A DNA stretch of 64,000 nucleotides from Clostridia bacterium (lineage in GTDB: Bacteria > Bacillota > Clostridia > Peptostreptococcales > Anaerovoracaceae). Below, piece by piece: positions 27,048-35,382 of this stretch. Location of the stretch: NCBI GenBank assembly GCA_024693105.1, contig JAILLO010000046.1:479-64478 (forward strand), in the 5' to 3' direction. The notes under the pieces were generated by a model. It searched no databases. It was not told the DNA's origin and worked only from the letters and a program-made list of their open reading frames with translations. The first letter of the stretch is position 1; each line of letters opens with the position of its first letter. A program made the position numbers and the translations under genes.

Positions 27048-27526
27048 TTACTTTTCCTCCTACCATAAATTTTGACCGAAGCCAGACTCAGTCGTGTCTT
27101 CAATCATGATAATAAATAAGTAATAATAAGTGATACTAGTAATAACGAACAAAAATATGAATACAGACACAAAAATGCCAGGCATTCCTGACTGACTGTA
27201 TTTTGTATACAAATTTTTTTCGAAAACATAATGCACCCCTAACATAATGCGGCTTTTTGCAGCCTGCATTGACCGGTGCAAATACGCACACTTCTACACT
27301 TATCTTGTATACAATATTATAGTACCATTTTTGAGGTAAAATTCAATAGAAAAAATCAAAATTATCGTTGTAATTTTTCGCATTTTTCTCTCGCGAAAAA
27401 CGTTGAAATTTCAACGCTAATCAGCATCATTTCCCGACTTCGCGCGCACTGTAAAATTTTGCTTTCTTAGTTGCTTTATGCTAACCAATATCATTTGTTT
27501 GCTATTTAAACAATTAACTACCGTAC

Positions 27527-27558
27527 AAAAAAGCTCCCGAAAAAACGGGAGCCTTTTT
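27527..27558. terminator. Bidirectional rho-independent terminator (downstream of hisS)
   Basis: A6-GCTCCCG-aaaaaa-CGGGAGC-cT5. Confidence 0.8.
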
Positions 27559-27591
27559 ATAAAAATATATACCTGTATCACTCTTACTTTT

Positions 27592-28863
27592 CTACTTTCT
27601 GTCTTCCGCAAAAAGCCTGAGTTCTCCATTATTGTAAAATCCTGCAAAGCCTTGTTTTTCCAACCTATTGATAAGCTTTCCGAGCTTGTTTGCAGTCGGT
27701 ACAAGCGCTACATCATATTTGTCATTTAGAGAATCGGAAACTCTTATCGCCTCTGCCGCGGAAAGTCCGCCTTCGGTGTTTTCACCCTTTGTAGCGGCCT
27801 CGCTGTAAAGAACGGCCACCTTTTCCTTCGATCCCGGTGCCTTATAGTTCTTTGCCGCAAGAATGCTGAAAATACGTTCAAAACCGATCGAAAAGCCTAC
27901 TGCCGGAATATCTTCGCCGAGGAATTTCCCTACAAGATTGTCGTACCTTCCGCCACCGCCGACAGAACTGCCGAATTCCATGCTCTCAATTTCAAAAACA
28001 GTGCCGGTATAATAGCCCTGGCCGCGTACAAGCGACATATCAAAGACAGTTTCGTATTTTCCCCGTGCAAGTTCATTTGAAGCCTCTATAATTTTCGCGA
28101 GATTCTCGGCATATGTTTTGTCTTCGCAAAATTCCTTTGCCCTTTCAAGTGTAATTTCGCCTTTCTCGATAAGAGACTTAAACCTTGCCACAGCCGATGC
28201 GTCAAAGCCTTTTTCGGTAAGCTCGGTAATTACGCCGTCAACGCCTATTTTGTCCTGCTTGTCGAAAGTTATGCACACGCTTGTAAGGTCTTCCTTCTTA
28301 AATCCCGCCGAAAGCAAAAGCGCATTCAGAACCCTTCTGTCATTTATCTTGATGCGGAAATTGTTTATGTCGATATTGAGCAGTGCCTTTGCAGTCACAT
28401 AAATAAGTTCGATTTCGGAAGAGATGTCATCGCTGCCGATAATATCAATATCACACTGTACGAACTGTCTGAGTCTTCCCTTCTGAGGCTGCTCTGCCCT
28501 GAATACTTCTCCCGACTGGATAACCTTGAAAGGCTTCCCCAGTTTGTCCCTGTTTGCGGCATAATATCTTGTAAGAGGAAGCGTCAGATCGTAACGCAGG
28601 CCCATATCCGCGATGCCTTTCGGATCGGAGCTTTCGAGAGCCTTCTGAAGCTTTTCGCCCCTCTTCATAATCTTGAATATAAGGTTCAGATTGTCTCCGC
28701 CATCGCTCTTGTCAAGGTTTTCTATGTCTTCGATAATCGGCGTTGTAATACGTTCAAAACCGTAAGTTCTGTAGGTTCTGATAATCTCGTTTTGCAGGTA
28801 ATCCCTTATACGAACCTCCTCAGGCAGATAATCATTCATGCCTTTAACAGGTAAAATTCTCAT
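27592..28863 (-). CDS. hisS: Histidine--tRNA ligase
   Basis: MRILPVKGMNDYLPEE, RYDLTLPLTRY, class-II motifs and a C-terminal anticodon-binding domain. AGGAGG lies before ATG 28863. Confidence 0.85.
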   Translation of the reverse strand: MRILPVKGMNDYLPEEVRIRDYLQNEIIRTYRTYGFERITTPIIEDIENLDKSDGGDNLNLIFKIMKRGEKLQKALESSDPKGIADMGLRYDLTLPLTRYYAANRDKLGKPFKVIQSGEVFRAEQPQKGRLRQFVQCDIDIIGSDDISSEIELIYVTAKALLNIDINNFRIKINDRRVLNALLLSAGFKKEDLTSVCITFDKQDKIGVDGVITELTEKGFDASAVARFKSLIEKGEITLERAKEFCEDKTYAENLAKIIEASNELARGKYETVFDMSLVRGQGYYTGTVFEIESMEFGSSVGGGGRYDNLVGKFLGEDIPAVGFSIGFERIFSILAAKNYKAPGSKEKVAVLYSEAATKGENTEGGLSAAEAIRVSDSLNDKYDVALVPTANKLGKLINRLEKQGFAGFYNNGELRLFAEDRK

Positions 28864-28906
28864 AAAATATTTCCTCCTTTTAGGTAATTTCCGTAATAGA
28901 CAACTC

Positions 28907-28935
28907 ATTTTAGCACAAAAAATGTGCTTTGCCAA
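28907..28935 (-). promoter_or_regulatory. hisS promoter (extended -10)
   Basis: TTGGCA, 17-nt spacer, (TGc)TAAAAT. It leaves only about 40 nt of leader, so there is no room for a T-box. Confidence 0.5.
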
Positions 28936-28990
28936 TACTATTCTGCGTTAATGTATTAAAGTGTCGCAAATCGTGACCGGTTCGGAAAAA

Positions 28991-29090
28991 TTGCGGCAGA
29001 CCGGAGGAAATCGCGACGGATTGTAACGGATTGTAACGGATTGCGAAGGATTGCGGCGGCTTGCGGCGGCTTGTAACGGATTGCGACGGA
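28991..29090. repeat. Helically phased tandem repeat, about 10 x 10 bp (TTGYRRCGGM)
   Basis: TTGCGGCAGA, (CCGGAGGAAA), TCGCGACGGA, TTGTAACGGA x2, TTGCGAAGGA, TTGCGGCGGC x2, TTGTAACGGA, TTGCGACGGA. Confidence 0.85.
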
Positions 29091-29300
29091 TTTTACCCCG
29101 CTTCCCCTCTTTTTTCATATATATCTACCGTAAATTCCCGTGTTCATTCCCTGCTTTCTTCTTTCCGACTTTGGCAAAGTACACATTTGTTGCAAATTTG
29201 ATACAATTTTAATACATTTTTTTGTGTCACAGAGTATAATAAGGATGGGGAAGTTTAAAATTTCCGCCAAACACTTAAAAGTCCGTATGAGGAGGTAAAG

Positions 29301-30584
29301 ATGCCTGTATTACAGCAACTCAACATCGCACTCAATGCTGTTACGCTTCTGGTGCTGCTTTTTATACTTATCACCTGGTTCTATGAGAGACGCTGGGACA
29401 GACGTTCGATTCTGTTTCTTCTCATGCTTCTGGCCGCAATGCCGCTCACTCTTTCGGATCTTATATGCTGGGTATTTGACGGAGCTGCCGGTTCCACCGC
29501 TTCCGTAATCAGATGGATTGCAAATACCGCGATGTATATTTTTTCGTACTGGAGTGCAATCATATACACGCATTATCTGCAGGAGGTAGTCGGCAGAGAT
29601 CTTCGAAAGCTGGCCATATATGTGAAAATAGTCGATATTTCATTTATTGTTGCTGTCGCCGCCCTTGCTTTTTCATTCACGGGAGACTACTATTTTTACT
29701 TTGAGAACAACTGCTATGTCAGAGGACCTTATACATTTGTTTCTCAGATTTACACTGCCGTTATAGTTTTGTGCGACACAGGCATTGCCCTCTTTGTCAG
29801 CGGAATTACAACACGCGAAAGAGTATCGCTTTTTTCATACTCAAGTCTGCCGCTTCTGGCAATGATTGTTCAGATTTTCTTTTTCGGTTTTTCCGCCATT
29901 ACCTATGCCGCAACAATGCTCGGACTGCTACTAATTTTTATGAATATACATATTCAGAGAAACAAATATCTCATAGAAAAGGAATCCGAGGCGCAGCAGG
30001 CGGAATTAAGCCTTGTTCTGAGCAAAATACAGCCGCATTTTATGTTTAATTCGCTCAATGTCATTGCCGCGCTGTGCAGTAAGGATCCACTTCAGGCCCG
30101 CGATGCCGTTGAAGATTTTGCCGGTTATCTGCGCGGAAATCTTGATTCGCTGGCAGAAAACATTCCGGTTCCTTTTTCGCGTGAGCTGCAGCATACGAAG
30201 CATTATCTCGGACTTGAGCTCCGCCGCTTTCCGGATCTGCACGTAATATATGACATTCAGACCGAGGACTTTCTGATTCCGACTCTTGCGCTTCAGCCGA
30301 TGGTTGAAAACGCCGTCAAACACGGTCTTCGCGCAAAGGAAGGCGAAGGAACCCTCAAAATCCGTACTTACGAAGACGAGCACAATGTCTATGTAAGTAT
30401 TGAAGATGACGGCGTCGGCTTTGATGTAAACCAGAAGAAAAACGACGGACGCTCACATATCGGCGTGGACGGAGTGCGTCTGCGCGTTGAATCCCTTTCA
30501 AAAGGACACCTTGATATAACAAGTACAATAGGAAAGGGAACGACTTCACTTATCACTCTGCCAAAATCGCAAAATTCTTGCTAA
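29301..30584 (+). CDS. LytS/YehU-type sensor histidine kinase, paralog 1 (about 6 TM sensor, His_kinase, HATPase_c)
   Basis: LSKIQPHFMFNSLNVI H-box, ENAVKHG N-box, EDDGVGF G-box. GAGGAGG SD. Confidence 0.85.
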   Translation: MPVLQQLNIALNAVTLLVLLFILITWFYERRWDRRSILFLLMLLAAMPLTLSDLICWVFDGAAGSTASVIRWIANTAMYIFSYWSAIIYTHYLQEVVGRDLRKLAIYVKIVDISFIVAVAALAFSFTGDYYFYFENNCYVRGPYTFVSQIYTAVIVLCDTGIALFVSGITTRERVSLFSYSSLPLLAMIVQIFFFGFSAITYAATMLGLLLIFMNIHIQRNKYLIEKESEAQQAELSLVLSKIQPHFMFNSLNVIAALCSKDPLQARDAVEDFAGYLRGNLDSLAENIPVPFSRELQHTKHYLGLELRRFPDLHVIYDIQTEDFLIPTLALQPMVENAVKHGLRAKEGEGTLKIRTYEDEHNVYVSIEDDGVGFDVNQKKNDGRSHIGVDGVRLRVESLSKGHLDITSTIGKGTTSLITLPKSQNSC

Positions 30585-30596
30585 AGGGAAATTATA

Positions 30597-31901
30597 ATGG
30601 CTATATCTCAGATAAATATCACTTTGGACATTTTTAATATTCTCGTGCTTTCGGCAATCCTGATAAGCTTTTTTTCCGAAAGAGACCGGGAAGGTAAAAA
30701 ATCACATCTTTATCTTCTCGTCCTTTTGAATGCCGCACTTCTGACATTGTTTGACATGCTCTCATGGATTTTTGAGGGAACCGAAAACACAGTTTTTTAT
30801 TATGTTGTGAATATTACCATATATGTTCTTTCGGACTCGATAATTACGCTGTACACGCATTTTATGAAGGCGTGCCTCAGTGATTACGGGAGAAAGCTTA
30901 ATATTTTCCGGCTTGCTGTAGATATTCTGTTTTTTATTTCTCTCGCATGCACGATACTCGGCACTGTCTACGGATTTATATTCAGGATTGAAGACGGTAT
31001 ATATGTACGCGGTTCGTACTACTGGCTTGCGCATGCTTTTGCAATCATAGTCATTCTTGCAAATTCCATTGTAATTCTGACCTCGTCAAAAGCACCTGCA
31101 AGAACGCGCTTTTCGCTGCTGTCATACACACTGCTGCCGCTGATATCGCTCTTCTTCCAGATGGTTCTTTACGGTGTTTCGGCAATCACATACACCGGCC
31201 TTACTCTTGGCATGCTGATTATTTTTCTTAACGTTCATATACGGCTGGGCAAAGAGCTTACACAAAAGGAAAAGGCCGCCGAGCAGGCACACATTTCCCT
31301 GCTTCTCAGCCAGATTCAGCCCCATTTCATTTTCAATGTTCTCAACATTATTTCGGCGCTTTGCTTAAAGGATGCCGATACGGCCCGCGAAACCGTTGAG
31401 GATTTTGCCGCTTATCTCAGGGGGAATCTTGATTCGCTGAACGAAAATGTACCTGTTACGTTTGAACGTGAGCTTAAGCATGTCAAACACTATATAGGGC
31501 TCGAGCAAAAACGTTTTCCCGACCTCAATGTGGAATACAACATAACCATTTCCGATTTTAAAATTCCTACACTTGCACTTCAGCCGCTGTGCGAAAATGC
31601 AATAAAGCACGGACTGCGTCCGAAGGAAAGTCCCGGAAACCTATATATTTCCACATATGAAGATCATGAGAATTACTACGTAAAGGTCGAAGATGACGGT
31701 GTCGGATTCAATCCCGAAGAGAAAAAGAATGACGGCCGCTCACATGTAGGTGTCTCAAATGTACGCCTGAGAGTCGAAAATCTTTCTGGTGGGAAGCTTC
31801 AGATTAACAGTATAAAGGGTGAAGGGACAAGCGCTGTAATTATTCTGCCGCGCTCAAAGCAGCGAAAGCTTACCGCCGGAACCGCAACGTCCGCCTGCTA
31901 A
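30597..31901 (+). CDS. LytS/YehU-type sensor histidine kinase, paralog 2
   Basis: Same architecture as paralog 1 (LSQIQPHFIFNVLNII, ENAIKHG, EDDGVGF). It starts 12 nt after paralog 1. Confidence 0.85.
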   Translation: MAISQINITLDIFNILVLSAILISFFSERDREGKKSHLYLLVLLNAALLTLFDMLSWIFEGTENTVFYYVVNITIYVLSDSIITLYTHFMKACLSDYGRKLNIFRLAVDILFFISLACTILGTVYGFIFRIEDGIYVRGSYYWLAHAFAIIVILANSIVILTSSKAPARTRFSLLSYTLLPLISLFFQMVLYGVSAITYTGLTLGMLIIFLNVHIRLGKELTQKEKAAEQAHISLLLSQIQPHFIFNVLNIISALCLKDADTARETVEDFAAYLRGNLDSLNENVPVTFERELKHVKHYIGLEQKRFPDLNVEYNITISDFKIPTLALQPLCENAIKHGLRPKESPGNLYISTYEDHENYYVKVEDDGVGFNPEEKKNDGRSHVGVSNVRLRVENLSGGKLQINSIKGEGTSAVIILPRSKQRKLTAGTATSAC

Positions 31902-32020
31902 AGACAAACCAAAACGCAACGCCCGCCCCTTGCGGACAAGGCGATAAAACCATGCCGCCTGCCCCCTGCGGACGGCCGCTGAAACCAACTTTGATAATTA
32001 CACAGGAAAGAGAATTTACC

Positions 32021-33310
32021 ATGGCTGTTATTGAACTCAACATTACACTTGATGCTATCAGTATTCTGGTTCTTATTGCCCTGCTGACAACTTTTTTTTC
32101 AGAGAAAAAACGCCGCGAAAAAAGTTCGCTTACTTTTTTCCTTCTGATTTCTTTCGCTATTCTTCTTTCATTGTCAGACCTGTTCTGCTGGTTTTTTGAA
32201 GGAAAAGAAGAATACAGCTTTTTAGTATGGCTGAGCAACTTCGGAACCTTTGTTTTTTCATACCTTGTTTCAGTAATTTTTACACACTATCTTGCCGGAT
32301 TTCTGAACCCCTCAAGGGAAGTTATCAGGCTTACGCTTCTTGGACTTGACGTCTCCTGCGCCCTGATGATACTTGCGCTTATCGTCACTGCGCCTTTTGA
32401 ACTCTTTTTTGCCATTAAAGACGGTTGTTATGTACGGGGACCTTTGACAGCCCTTACACATCTGTACGATGCCACAATTATCATTATAAACACTATTGTC
32501 ATAACGAAAACAAAGCAGGTTGAAAAAAGATACAAGCCTGTTCTTCTTTCATATTCGTTTGCACCTCTTGCCGCTCTTATACTGCAATCGTATTTTTATC
32601 AGTTGTCTGCGTTGACCTTCACCTCGGTTATGCTCAGCATCCTTTTGATTTTCCTGAATATACATATCAACAGAGGCCGTCTTCTTCTTCAGAAGGAAAA
32701 CGAGGTGCATCAGGCTCATACTTCACTTATGCTCAGTCAGATTCAGCCGCATTTCATGTTCAATTCGCTAAGCATAATTTCTTCATTATGCACAAAAGAT
32801 GCGGAAGAAGCCCGGATTGCGGTGGAAGATTTTGCGGCATATCTGCGCGGTAATCTCGATACTCTTGCGGTCAACACGCCGGTACCGTTTTCACAGGAGC
32901 TGAAACATGTACAGCACTATCTTAGCCTTGAAAAAAGGAGATTTCCGGACATCATTATCAAATATGACATAAAAACGGAAGATTTCCGCATACCTACGCT
33001 TGCACTGCAGCCGCTTTGCGAAAATGCCATAAGGCACGGTCTTTGCAAAATGGAGCACGGCGGCGAACTTGTCATTATGAGCTATGAGGACCCTACCTTC
33101 TTCAATGTCGTCATAAAAGACAACGGTGTCGGATTTGATTTCGACAAAAAAGCTGCCGGTTCGCCGCTCCATGTGGGGCTTGACAGTATCAGACTCAGAA
33201 TTGAAAAGCTGTCAGGCGGAAAGCTGCTCGTTGAAAGCATTCCGGGAACAGGCACAAAAATTACAATCAAAATTCCGAAGTCAAGCCCCGCATTGCAGCA
33301 GTTACAGTAA
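32021..33310 (+). CDS. LytS/YehU-type sensor histidine kinase, paralog 3
   Basis: Same architecture (LSQIQPHFMFNSLSII, ENAIRHG, KDNGVGF). The start is set at MAVIELNITLD by alignment with paralogs 1 and 2. Confidence 0.8.
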   Translation: MAVIELNITLDAISILVLIALLTTFFSEKKRREKSSLTFFLLISFAILLSLSDLFCWFFEGKEEYSFLVWLSNFGTFVFSYLVSVIFTHYLAGFLNPSREVIRLTLLGLDVSCALMILALIVTAPFELFFAIKDGCYVRGPLTALTHLYDATIIIINTIVITKTKQVEKRYKPVLLSYSFAPLAALILQSYFYQLSALTFTSVMLSILLIFLNIHINRGRLLLQKENEVHQAHTSLMLSQIQPHFMFNSLSIISSLCTKDAEEARIAVEDFAAYLRGNLDTLAVNTPVPFSQELKHVQHYLSLEKRRFPDIIIKYDIKTEDFRIPTLALQPLCENAIRHGLCKMEHGGELVIMSYEDPTFFNVVIKDNGVGFDFDKKAAGSPLHVGLDSIRLRIEKLSGGKLLVESIPGTGTKITIKIPKSSPALQQLQ

Positions 33311-33463
33311 CTGCTGCGTGCTCCTCTGCGCGTCCTGCTGCGTGCTCCTCTGCGCGCCCTGCTGCGCGCTCTGCTGCGCGTCCTGCTGCGTGCTCCTCTG
33401 CGCGCCCTGCTGCGTGCTCCTCTGCGCGTCCTGCTGCGTGCTCCGCTGCGCGCCCTGCTGCGC
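33311..33463. repeat. A-free (plus-strand) 12/24-bp tandem repeat, 153 nt, starting at the first base after the HK3 stop codon
   Basis: CTGCTGCGTGCTCCTCTGCGCG(T/C)C units. There is not a single A between 33311 and 33463. Confidence 0.95.
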
Positions 33464-33503
33464 AACAAAGCTGCAATTTTCACTGATATCCTCATTCAGA
33501 GAT

Positions 33504-33533
33504 CAAAAAAGAGGCTGTATATAAACAGCCTCT
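33504..33533 (-). terminator. Hairpin plus T6 on the minus strand
   Basis: AGAGGCTGT-N6-ACAGCCTCT, with A6 on the plus-strand 5' side. Confidence 0.55.
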
Positions 33534-33587
33534 GAAAAAGCAAATTGACCCCTCTGCTTGAAATCTATGCCTTAACGGCAGTTCCTT

Positions 33588-33621
33588 CGCCCCTGAAGTC
33601 ATATTTTGGGGCGTCTTTTTT
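33588..33621 (+). terminator. Candidate terminator of the kinase operon
   Basis: CGCCCC-N14-GGGGCG followed by TCTTTTTT. Confidence 0.45.
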
Positions 33622-33727
33622 GATTCGGCCCTTTCTTGACCTCCTGCTATATGACCTGGGATCATTATTCTTTTGTATAAAGTCATAACTCAAACCGTTC
33701 CGAAGACAAATTATCTGTTTCCGACTC

Positions 33728-33777
33728 AAAATCTATGCCTTGAAAGATATATTTTCTTTGCGCAAGGCATAGATTTT
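33728..33777 (-). terminator. 14-bp-stem hairpin 17 nt downstream of the SLH-protein stop codon
   Basis: AAAATCTATGCCTT-N22-AAGGCATAGATTTT. Confidence 0.5.
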
Positions 33778-33793
33778 AAACATTTTCCCTTTT

Positions 33794-35365
33794 CTAATCC
33801 TTCTTGCCGTTCTTCAAAAGTTCCGCCATATAAATGTCGTAAACCACATCTGCCCTCGGGCAGCCTGCATTCAGATTGTATGAAGCATCTCCGGCGCTGT
33901 GAATTATGCTTTGCGAATCTGCCCATGCCGCAGCGTCCGTATACCACTTATCCGGATTTGCGGCAGCTATAACACTTGCTTCTGTCGTTGCCGGTTCACC
34001 TGCATATCTCCATATAAATTTAAGTATGTGAGCATTTGTGCAAGTCATTTCAGGCGAGAAAACATTTTCGGAAGTTCCGTTTGTGATTCCCTTTTCAACC
34101 GCCCACAAAACCGCTTTTTCATAGTATGAGCCTTCTGCCACATCACCGAACGGATTTACCTGCGATGAAGGTTCGGGGCATCCCGCATATCTCCACAGGA
34201 ATGTAACAACCTGTGCACGCGTGCAGATTCCCGAAGGTGCAAATGACTCCTTTGTAACACCTGTAGTAATATTCTTCGCTGTGGCCCATTCAACAGCTTT
34301 CGCATAATAATCCTCTGCAAAAACATCCTCAAAGCCCGCTACAGTCCCGTCTTTGTCTTTGTCTTTGTCTTTTTCGTCCTCGCCGTCGCTTGCGGCCGGA
34401 GTATATTTTACGGTTCCGTCTTCCTGCACCTTCGCAATTACACTTCCGTCACTTCCGAGTACTTCATCTCCGGATATGCTGCCGACTACAAGAACATTTC
34501 CCTGCTCATCCACAATACCGAGGATTTTTCCATTTTTGTCGGTAATTGCGTCTCCATTGACCTTTTCAACCTGTGTCAGCGTTCCGTCAACTCCCTTTAC
34601 CGCTGTAATTTCACCGTTCTTTCTCACAACAGTACCGGATTTTTCCGGTGTGGATGTCTGCGAATCATCACCGACAGAAAGACTTCCCGATGTCTGACCG
34701 TCCGGATATTTATTTAGATAGGAAACAGTATATCCCCCGTTCCCGCTCCTTGATTCGGAAACAATATTTCCGTTATCGTCATAGCCGTATGTTATCGTAA
34801 ATTTTCCGGACTTCGTGAAAACCAGGTTGCGGTCGGCTGCGTCTTTATAATATACAGCTTTCTTCAGACGTCCGTTCTCCCATGTTTCGCTGCAATAGCT
34901 GACATCGTCACTGCTGCTGTAAACATCACAGTAGGCTTTGCCGCTGCTCGTAAAAGTCCTTTTTTCCGAATAGATTTTTCTGCCTTTCTTGTCGTATTCC
35001 GCAAAATATGTAATTTTTCCGGAAGAATCAAATTTAAACTCTTTCTTTCCTACTATAAAGTTGTACTTGTTGTATCTTGTAACAGTAAGATCCGTGCCGG
35101 AATATTCGTAAACATCAAAACGCGAATATCCGAATTCTTCTTCGGTGTCGACATCCCCGGGGAAATAGAAAACAGCGCCTATAGGCTTTCCCAATTCAAA
35201 TTTGAATATTTCCCTGTATGTTTCAACCGTTCCCGATTTTGTGCTCCTGACTTCTCTTTCGCTGAGCGAAGCGCCGGGCAGCTGCGAATCCGCATAAGCC
35301 GCCGAAACGGAAACTGCCAGCATTGCCGTAAACGCCAGTAAAAATATCAATATTCTTTTGCTCAT
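33794..35365 (-). CDS. Secreted surface protein: YD/RHS-like repeat region plus C-terminal SLH-like domains
   Basis: Signal peptide MSKRILIFLLAFTAMLAVSVSAAYA. YD-like repeats (TITYGYDDNGNIVSE). SLH-like FEDVFAEDYYAKAVEWA and FGDVAEGSYYEKAVLWA. Confidence 0.7.
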   Translation of the reverse strand: MSKRILIFLLAFTAMLAVSVSAAYADSQLPGASLSEREVRSTKSGTVETYREIFKFELGKPIGAVFYFPGDVDTEEEFGYSRFDVYEYSGTDLTVTRYNKYNFIVGKKEFKFDSSGKITYFAEYDKKGRKIYSEKRTFTSSGKAYCDVYSSSDDVSYCSETWENGRLKKAVYYKDAADRNLVFTKSGKFTITYGYDDNGNIVSESRSGNGGYTVSYLNKYPDGQTSGSLSVGDDSQTSTPEKSGTVVRKNGEITAVKGVDGTLTQVEKVNGDAITDKNGKILGIVDEQGNVLVVGSISGDEVLGSDGSVIAKVQEDGTVKYTPAASDGEDEKDKDKDKDGTVAGFEDVFAEDYYAKAVEWATAKNITTGVTKESFAPSGICTRAQVVTFLWRYAGCPEPSSQVNPFGDVAEGSYYEKAVLWAVEKGITNGTSENVFSPEMTCTNAHILKFIWRYAGEPATTEASVIAAANPDKWYTDAAAWADSQSIIHSAGDASYNLNAGCPRADVVYDIYMAELLKNGKKD

Positions 35366-35382
35366 ATCCGTTCCCCCAAAAA

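Noticed and set aside
27203-27314. Reading TTGTATACAA as a Rex operator controlling the PFOR/Nfn operon.
   Set aside because: The half-site spacing is wrong for the Rex consensus I recall (TTGTGAA-N4-TTCACAA, 18 bp). I kept it only as an unassigned palindrome.
27592-28935. The track's longer hisS ORF with a 24-aa N-terminal extension, and the alternative call as HisZ.
   Set aside because: The extension overlaps the predicted promoter, whereas the SD precedes ATG 28863. The full-length C-terminal anticodon-binding domain and 423-aa size fit HisS rather than the shorter HisZ.
28864-29000. T-box riboswitch leaders upstream of hisS, and likewise upstream of pheS (60440-60459) and argS.
   Set aside because: The hisS promoter lies about 40 nt from the ATG. 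pheS is 20 nt from the preceding gene, and argS overlaps the preceding gene. There is no room for a ~200-nt T-box, and I saw no T-box consensus (AGGGTGGNACCGCG).
28991-29090. Interpreting the tandem repeat arrays (also at 19242, 33311 and 45640) as CRISPR arrays.
   Set aside because: The units are contiguous with no unique spacers, they are only 10-25 bp long, and no cas genes are present.
33082-33524. Three overlapping ORFs in the track (33082-33495 minus, Arg/Ser/Gly-rich; 33126-33524 plus, Cys-rich CCVLLCASCC repeats; 33267-33476 minus, AAGRAEEH repeats). They could be read as repeat proteins or a Cys-rich peptide.
   Set aside because: They cover the A-free/T-free tandem repeat, where stop codons are impossible in all six frames. 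They have no SD, their starts lie inside the HK3 gene in other frames, and their composition simply mirrors the repeat. They are composition artefacts.
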